NCBI GenBank assembly: GCA_039815185.1
Contig: JBCBZT010000012.1
Location: 1-64,000, forward strand
Direction of reading: 5' to 3'
Origin: Cyanobacteria bacterium P01_A01_bin.123
GTDB taxonomy: Bacteria > Cyanobacteriota > Cyanobacteriia > Phormidesmidales > Phormidesmidaceae
Length of the DNA: 64,000 nt
This document shows, in pieces, positions 8,834 through 17,082 of this stretch. Position 1 is the stretch's first letter; every line of letters starts with the position of its first letter. The notes beneath the pieces are model-generated. The model made no database searches. It saw nothing but the letters and a program-made list of their open reading frames with translations, and was not told the DNA's origin. A program made the translations under genes and the position numbers.

Positions 8834-9841
8834 ATGAAAAAAATTGTATACACCAAATATGGCTCCCCAGATGTCATTGAATTCATAGAGACCGAGAAAC
8901 CGTTACCCAGGGATAATCAAGTTTTGGTCAAGGTTCATGCGGCATCTGTCAACATCTTGGACTGGTATCATCTAACAGGCCCTCCGGTGATCCGTTTAAC
9001 AAACGGTACACTTTCCAAACCAAAAAAGACTTCACTTGGATTAGACGTGGCTGGTCGGGTTGAAGCTGTAGGCGATAGCATAACCCAGTTTCAGCCAGGG
9101 GATGAAGTCTTCGGAATAGCCAAAGGTTCATTTGCAGACTATGTGTGTGCGGATGAACATGAGTTGGTACGAAAACCGGCCAACGTGTCATTTGAGGCTG
9201 CGGCTGCTACCCCTGTAGCGGCTGTGACAGCGCTACAAGGACTGCACAATAAAGGCCGAATCCAGCCAGGTCAAAAGGTTCTCATCAATGGAGCCTCTGG
9301 TGGCGTAGGGACATTTGCAGTTCAGATAGCCAAATCTTTCGAGACCATAGTAACGGCCGTCTGCAGCACTCGAAACCTAGATATTGCTCGCTCAATGGGT
9401 GCAGACCACGTTATCGATTATACCCAAGAAGATTTCACGACCCATGGACAGCGGTATGACTTGATTTTTGCTGTGAATGGCTACAACTTGATTTTTGATT
9501 ACCGCAGGGCATTGCATTCTACAGGCATATATATCGCGGCTGGAGGAAAACTGGCTCAAATTATTCAAGCAGTACTTATAGGCCCGATGCTATCGAAATT
9601 TGGCAGTCAGCAACTCTCATTCATGGGGATAGCGCAAATCACGCAAAAGGACTTGTCTGCTATTGGAGAGCTGCTTGAATCTGGCAAAGTCGTACCCGTT
9701 ATTGATAGATGTTATCCATTAGAGGCAACATCAGAAGCCCTTCAATATCTGGGGGAAGGACACGCCAGAGGGAAAGTCATCATCATCATGAGACTTGACG
9801 ATGACAGCTCGCAAGGGCAGATTACAAAATCTGGGTGTTGA
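8834..9841 (+). CDS. NAD(P)-dependent medium-chain dehydrogenase / quinone oxidoreductase-like protein
   Basis: YGSPDV, VKVHAASVN, nucleotide-binding VLINGASGGVG, GADHVIDY, C-terminal GHARGKV; starts immediately after the DUF4386 stop. Confidence 0.9.
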   Translation: MKKIVYTKYGSPDVIEFIETEKPLPRDNQVLVKVHAASVNILDWYHLTGPPVIRLTNGTLSKPKKTSLGLDVAGRVEAVGDSITQFQPGDEVFGIAKGSFADYVCADEHELVRKPANVSFEAAAATPVAAVTALQGLHNKGRIQPGQKVLINGASGGVGTFAVQIAKSFETIVTAVCSTRNLDIARSMGADHVIDYTQEDFTTHGQRYDLIFAVNGYNLIFDYRRALHSTGIYIAAGGKLAQIIQAVLIGPMLSKFGSQQLSFMGIAQITQKDLSAIGELLESGKVVPVIDRCYPLEATSEALQYLGEGHARGKVIIIMRLDDDSSQGQITKSGC

Positions 9842-9851
9842 CGCGAAAACA

Positions 9852-10403
9852 TTAACCGCCGTTCAGTTTCACCGTGGGATAGATCAGGGTTATCCGGTAT
9901 TTAGTACGGAGTCCGTGCCTTTCTTCCGATGTCTCAAGTTCAACATGCTCCGCTGATAGTTGGGACGATTCTATGACCTGAAAGCCTTGGCCTAGGTAAA
10001 ATGGCCCATTCCAGGGTGGATCGCGAAAGGTTCTCAAAGTAACGGCAGGATACCCTGCGACTTTCGCCCAATTGCACACGGTCTTGACCAAGGCTGAACC
10101 GAGTCCCCGTTGTCCGTAGGTAGGTAACACGTCCAGTTCTTCCAGGTGTGCATAGCCACTGATTTCTAGAACCATGGCAAATCCAACGATTTGGCCATTT
10201 GGCTCCACCGCTACCCAAAGATGCCCAGCCTGCTGTGCTGCCTCGAAATCTGCAATTGAGTTGACATGGGTGAGCATTTCAGAAGTCAAGCCTAGCTCAT
10301 CGAGATACGGGAGAAAAAGTGTCGCAGCATTCCGCTCCACTTCTGGTAAAACGGTAACGTCATCGGGAACAGCCTGACGGATTTCATAGCCCTTGAGAAT
10401 CAT
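9852..10403 (-). CDS. GNAT family N-acetyltransferase
   Basis: Acetyl-CoA motif A HLEELDVLPTYGQRGLGSAL; TLRTFRDPPWNGPFY..GF. Confidence 0.9.
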   Translation of the reverse strand: MILKGYEIRQAVPDDVTVLPEVERNAATLFLPYLDELGLTSEMLTHVNSIADFEAAQQAGHLWVAVEPNGQIVGFAMVLEISGYAHLEELDVLPTYGQRGLGSALVKTVCNWAKVAGYPAVTLRTFRDPPWNGPFYLGQGFQVIESSQLSAEHVELETSEERHGLRTKYRITLIYPTVKLNGG

Positions 10404-10428
10404 TGACAGCGATCGCGGAGATTAAACA

Positions 10429-11157
10429 TCATTTTCGTTTGCGTTTCACATAGATCACTTTATTTTGTTTCCGTTGTATTTCGAATAAATCAATTGCTTC
10501 AAAAATACCGCTTAATTTTGCATAGCCATAGTTTCGTGGATCAAAAGATGCCTGATTAGCGATGTGGCTACCAACGACCGCCAAACTTGACCAACCATCC
10601 TCTTCTTGGGTACTAGACACTGCCCCTCGCAACAAATTCATTAGCTTTGTATCTTGCTTCAACTCCTTCCCAGTTTTCTTAATACTTTCAACAGCTTTCG
10701 GATTTTCGGAATTGCTAGCTTGATCGATAGTTTCTAAATACAGAAATTTTGAACAGGCATAAACAAATGGCAACGGGGTTTTCCTTTCACCAAAGCCATA
10801 AACTTTCAAGCCACTGGTCAAAATCCGCATGACTAACGGCGTAAAATCGCAGTCACTTGATATGATCGCAAAGGCATCCAATTGCTGCGTGTACAGCAAA
10901 TCCATTGCATCAATAATTAAGGCCGCATCAGTTGCATTCTTACCCTTCGTATAATCAAACTGCTGTACCGGATGGATAGCATACTCATGTAAACAAGCCT
11001 CCCAACCCTTTAATTGAGGGTTTTTCCAGTTTCCATAGGCTCGACGAATATTGGCAACCCCATACTTTGCAATCTCAGACAAAATGGCATCAATTTTTGA
11101 CGCAGGGGCATTATCTGCATCAATTAACAGCGCAATCTTGGATTCTGATTGCTGCAT
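10429..11157 (-). CDS. NYN-domain (LabA/DUF88) PIN-fold ribonuclease-like protein with C-terminal OST-HTH/LOTUS domain
   Basis: ALLIDADN, RRAYGNW, KGKNATD, SSDCDF; C-terminal FDPRNYGYAKLS. Confidence 0.92.
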   Translation of the reverse strand: MQQSESKIALLIDADNAPASKIDAILSEIAKYGVANIRRAYGNWKNPQLKGWEACLHEYAIHPVQQFDYTKGKNATDAALIIDAMDLLYTQQLDAFAIISSDCDFTPLVMRILTSGLKVYGFGERKTPLPFVYACSKFLYLETIDQASNSENPKAVESIKKTGKELKQDTKLMNLLRGAVSSTQEEDGWSSLAVVGSHIANQASFDPRNYGYAKLSGIFEAIDLFEIQRKQNKVIYVKRKRK

Positions 11158-11161
11158 GACG

Positions 11162-12379
11162 CTATTTTGCTTGAGTCGATCGCCAGCTCAACTTCAGATT
11201 CAGCCAGAAGTTCCAGGCGGTCACGATCGCGATCGCGATCAGTTTTGCCAAAAATGCATTGATACCAAAGACGTTGAATAGTAGGTTGAGGAGCAGCGTA
11301 TTCAGCACCAAACCCACCAGACAAATAGTGTTGAACTTAATGAATCGCTTAAACCGAGCCCCCCAGCCCTGCTGCTGTTTAGCGAAATCAGCAAAGGTCC
11401 AGGCATCGTTCCAGATGAAGTTGTTGATGATGGCGGTTTCTGCCGAAAGTATGTTACTGGTGGTCAACCCTAGACCCAGGTTGCCAAACAGCAAGAAAAA
11501 CACAGCCATATCCACGGCTAATCCGCTAAAGCCCACTACGCCAAAGCGTAAGAAGCGGTCAATGGGAAATTTCTGGCGGAGGCGCGTGATTCGACCGCGC
11601 GATCTCAATTTAGCCAAGTGGTGAATATAGTCAATATATTGTTTCCAAGTTACCTTACTTTCCCCTTCTAACCGTTCCTGGAAAACATAGCCCACCTCGG
11701 CAATTTCGCCCACGTTGCCCCGGCCAATGACCTCAAGCAAAATTTTGTAGCCCTTGGGGTTCATGGTATTTTCCGCGATCGCGCTGCGACGCACCATAAA
11801 ATAACCACTCATTGGGTCAGTGACCCGCCCAACCACATTGGGCAAAATGATCAGCCCCAACACCTGAGCCCCGCGAGATAAAAAGCGACGGACAACACTC
11901 CATTCGCTAACGCCGCCGCCTTCTACATGACGGCTGGCGACAGACATATCTGCCCCCTGTTGAACTGCCCCCAGCATTTTGAGTAACACCTCGGGTGGGT
12001 GCTGTAAGTCAGCATCGATGACACCCAAAATTTCGCCACGAGCTACTTGCCAACCCCGAATCACTGCTGAAGAAAGCCCCCGTTCGCTTTGGCGACGCAT
12101 CACCCGCAATTGGGGAAAAGTAGCCGTGAGATTTTGGGCAATTTCCCAAGTACCATCCGGACTGTCATCGTCCACTAAGAGGAGCTCATAGTCCCGAGGA
12201 ATGTAGCCGTCTAGTAGGCGTGTCAACTGTTGAACGATACTTTCCACATTGCCACTTTCTTTATAAGTGGGAATTACCAAAGAAAATTGCACCTGAGCTC
12301 CGGCAGCATCCAAAGTGGGATGCGAGGAAATGCACAAGGGGCCTTCCGGGGGCACAATCAGAGGCAAGACTTCAGTCAT
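11162..12379 (-). CDS. GT2 polyprenol-phosphate glycosyltransferase (DPM1-like) fused to GtrA flippase-like domain
   Basis: SLVIPTYKE, VDDDSPDGT, IDADLQHPP, DPMSGYF; C-terminal four-TM GtrA region (FLRFGVVG...NNFIWNDAWTF...WNFWLN). Start set at ATG 12379; ORF is open to 12421. Confidence 0.92.
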   Translation of the reverse strand: MTEVLPLIVPPEGPLCISSHPTLDAAGAQVQFSLVIPTYKESGNVESIVQQLTRLLDGYIPRDYELLLVDDDSPDGTWEIAQNLTATFPQLRVMRRQSERGLSSAVIRGWQVARGEILGVIDADLQHPPEVLLKMLGAVQQGADMSVASRHVEGGGVSEWSVVRRFLSRGAQVLGLIILPNVVGRVTDPMSGYFMVRRSAIAENTMNPKGYKILLEVIGRGNVGEIAEVGYVFQERLEGESKVTWKQYIDYIHHLAKLRSRGRITRLRQKFPIDRFLRFGVVGFSGLAVDMAVFFLLFGNLGLGLTTSNILSAETAIINNFIWNDAWTFADFAKQQQGWGARFKRFIKFNTICLVGLVLNTLLLNLLFNVFGINAFLAKLIAIAIVTAWNFWLNLKLSWRSTQAK

Positions 12380-12495
12380 GGGCTTGGGGGGATTGACGAC
12401 AGGGTAAAGTCGGACAAGCAAACTCGATCAACAGGGTAAACCCAATGTAGTGTGAAATAGAGTATTTTTGGGGACAACTCAGCACCGGACAAAGC

Positions 12496-14154
12496 TCAGG
12501 ACTCGCTGTATTGCTTTAAGGTAAATTGATCTAAGTCCATGGTGCCCACTAAGGACTGGGTTTTTTGGGGTTGGTAGCGCTCTCCCAGGATTCCCTCAAC
12601 TTGTTGACGGATCTCAGCGGTCTGTGCATCAGTCTCAGGTTCTTGCCAAACTGGGCTGGCTGCCTCTAGCCAAAGCACACGGTCATAGGCATTACTCCCA
12701 GCGGTCAGCGTTTCTGATAAGGCATTGGGCAAATCTGCAGGGTGGGTAGCCAAGAGATCAACGGTGGCCTCAGAATTAATGTAATAGGCCAATCGCATGA
12801 TGTGGCCCCAGGCCTTGGAATTCAGCACAATCAGAGTTGGCTGATCTGGGGCTTGGTTGACCCAACCGTTAAGCTGATGGAATATTTGGCGATCGCGGAG
12901 GGTGAAATCACTCACATTTAGCGTCAAATAGAAAGCCAGAGAACCAGCAATGGCAAGATTGCGCCAGCCTACTTTTGTTCTTTCAAGCCAAATGGCCAAG
13001 ATCAGCATCATTCCTGGTAGGCCAAAAATCACACTGCGTCCGTAGCCAAAGCCGAAGGTAAACTTGCTAGAGGCAACATCCGAGGTGAAAGCTAGGGCTA
13101 AGGGTAACAACCCTAACAACAGGCCAATTTTCAGTAGGCGATCTTCCCCCTGTTGGAGTAGCGCTACGCCCATGGCAACCCAGATTAACCCGGCGATTAT
13201 TCCTACAATCCACAGTGCCGGATCGCTCATACTCGTGGCCCAATCACCCACGAGTAAATGAATGCCTAGGGTTTTTAACACCCCTTGGATATGGGTTAAG
13301 GCCGTGGCGAAGAATCCAGGGGGAGCCGAAAATCGACCGAAATCAGCGTTTCGCAGTTGCTGCGGTAGCCCCCACAGCATCCAGGGCACCGTGATTAACA
13401 CCCCAGCTGTAAACCGCAAACCATGCCGCCACCAGTGTTTGAGATCGAGTACCACAGCAGTGATTGCCAGACCTGCGATCCAATAGAGCATTGGATAGAA
13501 AGTGAGGAATCCGCCAGCGATCGCGCCAATCAATACCGCCGTCCATGCTGACGTTTTCCATAACTTGCGATCGGCACCGCCGTAAATCAGTTGCAACAGT
13601 GCCAGGGTGCTCAAACACACCCAAAACACCGTGGGGCCATACATGCGCAGGTTTAGCGAATGGAATAAGTACAGCGGTGATAACCCCAGCAATGCAGCGT
13701 AGATCAACCCCCCCCGATGGCCCAGCAGCAACTTTCCGGTGCCATAACTACAGCCAATCGTGCCCAGACTAAATAACATCCCCAACGTACGCTGACTGGC
13801 TTCACCATTACTCGTCAGCCGCAACCACAGGTTTTGACTCAGGTAGAATCCAAACGGATGGGGTTCCATACTGACAATGCCCTTGAGCAACCCCTTAGTC
13901 GTCAGCAAAATATCCTTTAGCCCAGACTCCATTGGCAGAGACAACAACGGTGTATAGTTCGCCAACGTCATCGGCACGTCTTCTGGCGGTTTATAGAAAA
14001 TCCGCTGCCCTGTGGCAAACAGCAACGACAGAACTTCGTCATACCAAAACTCTCGACTGCCCAGCATAACCACCCGTAACAGTACCGCCAGAGCGATTGC
14101 ACTGAATAAGATAAGTTCAACTGGAAATCGTGCAGAACGCTTAGTGACCGTCAT
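12496..14154 (-). CDS. GT-C fold glycosyltransferase (GT39/ArnT/PMT-like)
   Basis: FWYDE acidic motif after TM1, HPFGFY, RMYG; many TM segments and a soluble C-terminal domain. Confidence 0.85.
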   Translation of the reverse strand: MTVTKRSARFPVELILFSAIALAVLLRVVMLGSREFWYDEVLSLLFATGQRIFYKPPEDVPMTLANYTPLLSLPMESGLKDILLTTKGLLKGIVSMEPHPFGFYLSQNLWLRLTSNGEASQRTLGMLFSLGTIGCSYGTGKLLLGHRGGLIYAALLGLSPLYLFHSLNLRMYGPTVFWVCLSTLALLQLIYGGADRKLWKTSAWTAVLIGAIAGGFLTFYPMLYWIAGLAITAVVLDLKHWWRHGLRFTAGVLITVPWMLWGLPQQLRNADFGRFSAPPGFFATALTHIQGVLKTLGIHLLVGDWATSMSDPALWIVGIIAGLIWVAMGVALLQQGEDRLLKIGLLLGLLPLALAFTSDVASSKFTFGFGYGRSVIFGLPGMMLILAIWLERTKVGWRNLAIAGSLAFYLTLNVSDFTLRDRQIFHQLNGWVNQAPDQPTLIVLNSKAWGHIMRLAYYINSEATVDLLATHPADLPNALSETLTAGSNAYDRVLWLEAASPVWQEPETDAQTAEIRQQVEGILGERYQPQKTQSLVGTMDLDQFTLKQYSES

Positions 14155-14171
14155 GGATAGTACCTATCGGC

Positions 14172-14270
14172 AGAAAGGGAATTAGGTTTCAGGGGAAACA
14201 TTTTTGACTTGATAAATGGCAGAGAAAGGGAGTTAGGTTTCGGGGAAAACACTTGTAATTTGATAAATGG
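14172..14270. repeat. Diverged tandem duplication (2 x 48 bp, 51-bp period) of the 3' end of the 14233-15870 gene
   Basis: 14172-14219 vs 14223-14270, 7 mismatches in 48 bp; minus-strand translations IYQVKNVSPET* and IYQITSVFPET*. Confidence 0.85.
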
Positions 14271-15870
14271 GATATAGGCCAAATTCTCCCAGGAGTGAAA
14301 AGTCGAGCTGCGCGAGTTGACCGCCTAGATCAAATTGCAGAGCACTGGCTGATTCTTCAGGTGTAGGGCAGTCGCGATGGGGGTAGCAAACATAGAGAAA
14401 CTGATCGATACCCTGCTCTGCCATACCTGCGGCTAAGGTTTTCACAGCTTCAGTGGTATCTGTGCGAAAGAAGATTTTCTGGGGCAGAGCCGCCCAGAAC
14501 TGCTGTGCAACAAACTGGTGAGACATTGCAACATAGGGGTCAGGATTGTCTGCCAGAGCTATGATGGCTGCCCCAATTCGCTCGTGGTTTTCACTCAAAG
14601 GCACCGAGCCATAAATCGGATTGGCCTGCTGCCCTAAGGTACTGCCATAAAGGTTAATTTGAGTTCCCATCAGACATGCCGTAGCGAACAGTGCCAGCGG
14701 GACATAGCGTCCTACCCCCCGCATTCCTGACATAGCTTGTTGCAACTGTTGGGCGACGACTAAGGAAACTAACGGCACTAAGATCAAATAAAATCGCGGT
14801 CCCCACTGTTTGCCCCCTGCCCCTGGTGGGATGATCAGGGGGACAGCGAAAACAAACAGTAGGCAAATCAATAGGATTAACCGAGACCGTCCGGAGAGTT
14901 GTAAGGGGCGGATAAAAAATCCAGCGATCGCGGCTGCCAAGGCAAATAACACCATGGGGAAGTAGTGGTTTAATGAGCCGATTAGCTGCTTATAGCTGGC
15001 GATCGCCTGCTTCACCTGCTGCTTGAGTGAAGACTCTTCTACAATCTGCAAGGCATGGATGCCCAAGGGATGCCCATAGACCATAATGTTGAGGCCGAAG
15101 AACACCAGCACCGTGGCCACCATTGCCAGTCCAAACCCAAATATCTGGCCGGGGGCAGGGTTGAGCCATGCCAAGGGTTGCAGTTTCAACAGACTAACTG
15201 CTAGCAACAATCCCAGAATCGCGATTAAACAGAGAAATTCTGGACGAAACCACACCGACAGTCCGGTGAGAATTCCCGCAGCGATCGCACTGCCTAGCCC
15301 CAACTTTTCACCCTTGGGAAATAGGGCTAGGGACACGCCCCACAAGGCCAAGGCTACCGCTAGTGTATGTTCCCAATACATCGCGCCATAGATCGAGAGA
15401 GGAGCGGCAAAAATGAGCGTGACCAAAGCCACCCCCTGCATCGTCGCCGAGAGGTTTAACCGTTGACCAATCTGGTAAACCCGCCACCAAATTGCCCACA
15501 GCGCCACTAAAGGTACGACATACAAGCCGCGATACCCCATCAGAGCGTAAAACGGTGCGGTCACTAGCGGGAAGGTGAAGGGGAAGGTGATGAAAAAGCG
15601 ATCGCCCTGGTTGTACACATAGGGCGGCGTAAACGGGTATAAATCTTGCTGCCATAGACGCTCAATCCAAGGTTCTATAGGGATGTGTAAGTCGAAGCGC
15701 CACACCCCAGCAGCCCACTGCTGCGCCAATAGCGCCTTGAGGCCACCATCGCCGCTAAACAAGACGCCGTCTCGAGAATAGAACTGAAGCAGTAAAGTCA
15801 ACAGCACACCCAGCCCAAGGACAATAGCCGGGATACTGATGCCGTGCGTTCCCCGAATCACTTTACTCAT
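14233..15870 (-). CDS. Multi-pass membrane protein, putative GT-C glycosyltransferase
   Basis: FSGDGGLK after TM1, YWEHTLA, WFRPE, QWGPRFYL; about 12 TM segments; adjacent to GT2-GtrA and GT39 genes. Confidence 0.65.
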   Translation of the reverse strand: MSKVIRGTHGISIPAIVLGLGVLLTLLLQFYSRDGVLFSGDGGLKALLAQQWAAGVWRFDLHIPIEPWIERLWQQDLYPFTPPYVYNQGDRFFITFPFTFPLVTAPFYALMGYRGLYVVPLVALWAIWWRVYQIGQRLNLSATMQGVALVTLIFAAPLSIYGAMYWEHTLAVALALWGVSLALFPKGEKLGLGSAIAAGILTGLSVWFRPEFLCLIAILGLLLAVSLLKLQPLAWLNPAPGQIFGFGLAMVATVLVFFGLNIMVYGHPLGIHALQIVEESSLKQQVKQAIASYKQLIGSLNHYFPMVLFALAAAIAGFFIRPLQLSGRSRLILLICLLFVFAVPLIIPPGAGGKQWGPRFYLILVPLVSLVVAQQLQQAMSGMRGVGRYVPLALFATACLMGTQINLYGSTLGQQANPIYGSVPLSENHERIGAAIIALADNPDPYVAMSHQFVAQQFWAALPQKIFFRTDTTEAVKTLAAGMAEQGIDQFLYVCYPHRDCPTPEESASALQFDLGGQLAQLDFSLLGEFGLYPIYQITSVFPET

Positions 15871-16149
15871 GGCCTTTAGATATTCTGTTTTGGAGCTGCT
15901 TTAAGGGGCTACATAGCCGCCTTTGAATCACTCTACCCATGGCCATAATATCCTGGCGTTTTGACGATCTCACTTGTGATCTTGTGTGTGATCTTAAGTA
16001 AGTATTCCCGTTCCTTTATTCACTTTCCCAAGGATTTATGGAATGTTTTTGCAGAATGAAGAGTCTTTAAAGAGAAGGCAAGGGAGACAGCGGTAAAAAT
16101 GCAAAGCAATGAAAGCGTAAAAAGCAGATACAGGGGAGTTGGATGAAGG

Positions 16150-16887
16150 CTAAAACAGCTCCATTTGTTCCCCTGGAGGATTAGCTGGCTGGGGAGTTTG
16201 AGGATTTGACAACTTCGGCCCACCTTGGCGGTTGGAGGCAAGTTTGTCAGCCCAGCGGGTGGTTTCGGGCAAACGGTATTTGGGTGTGCAGCGCAGTACG
16301 TAGTCGATGGCTGTGGGGAGGCTAATGCGGTGGCCGATAGAGACATAGAGGGGATTAGTGCGATCGCGCGATCGCAGCACCGCACCAATCGTTTCCGCTC
16401 GATCCATTAGGGGAGACCAATGGCCTTTGGCGTCGGGAACTGGGTTGTGGGTACCAATCAATCGAGATTTGGCCACGCCAATGGTGGGGCAATCAAGCAG
16501 TACCCCAAGATGGCAAGCAATGCCAAATCGACGGGGATGGGCCAGTCCTTGACCGTCGCACAGAATCAAATCGGGAGCTGTTGTGATTTGCTGGAGCGCT
16601 TCCATAATGGCGGGGACTTCTCGAAAGGAGAGCAACCCCGGAATGTAAGGAAAGGTGGTAGGCAAATAGGCGATCGCGTGGTCAATCAACTGCAGATCAG
16701 ATAGATTTAGCACCGCCACCGCCGCTCGCGTCACGGTACCATCTTGCACAAACCCAGCATCTACCCCAGCTATGAACTGAATCTGCCCGAGCTGATCGCG
16801 AGTGATCACCTGGGTGCTTAATTGCCGCTGTTTAGCGATCGCAGCTTCAGCAGTGGTTGGCCAGGGTTGAATGGGCGGAATTTTCAT
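16150..16887 (-). CDS. nfi: Endonuclease V (deoxyinosine 3' endonuclease)
   Basis: [59 protein letters not shown]. Confidence 0.96.
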   Translation of the reverse strand: MKIPPIQPWPTTAEAAIAKQRQLSTQVITRDQLGQIQFIAGVDAGFVQDGTVTRAAVAVLNLSDLQLIDHAIAYLPTTFPYIPGLLSFREVPAIMEALQQITTAPDLILCDGQGLAHPRRFGIACHLGVLLDCPTIGVAKSRLIGTHNPVPDAKGHWSPLMDRAETIGAVLRSRDRTNPLYVSIGHRISLPTAIDYVLRCTPKYRLPETTRWADKLASNRQGGPKLSNPQTPQPANPPGEQMELF

Positions 16888-17082
16888 GGTTAAAGTTCAT
16901 ATGTTTTGTCAGACTTGGGGCATTGACTCTAAGCTTGTTCGCTAGTATTAGCAATCATTAAACCTTGTCCACATTCAGCTCTATCGGTTTTCCTTTAAGC
17001 TAAAAACTTAAGTTTTCAAACTGGATGTGGCGTATTCCTGAGGGTTTAGTGTTGGGGTCATCGTTTAAGGCTTTGGACTGCC

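Noticed and set aside
14172..14270. Diversity-generating retroelement TR/VR pair
   Set aside because: Mismatches are not adenine-specific on either strand, the repeat is only 48 bp, and no reverse transcriptase is in the window.
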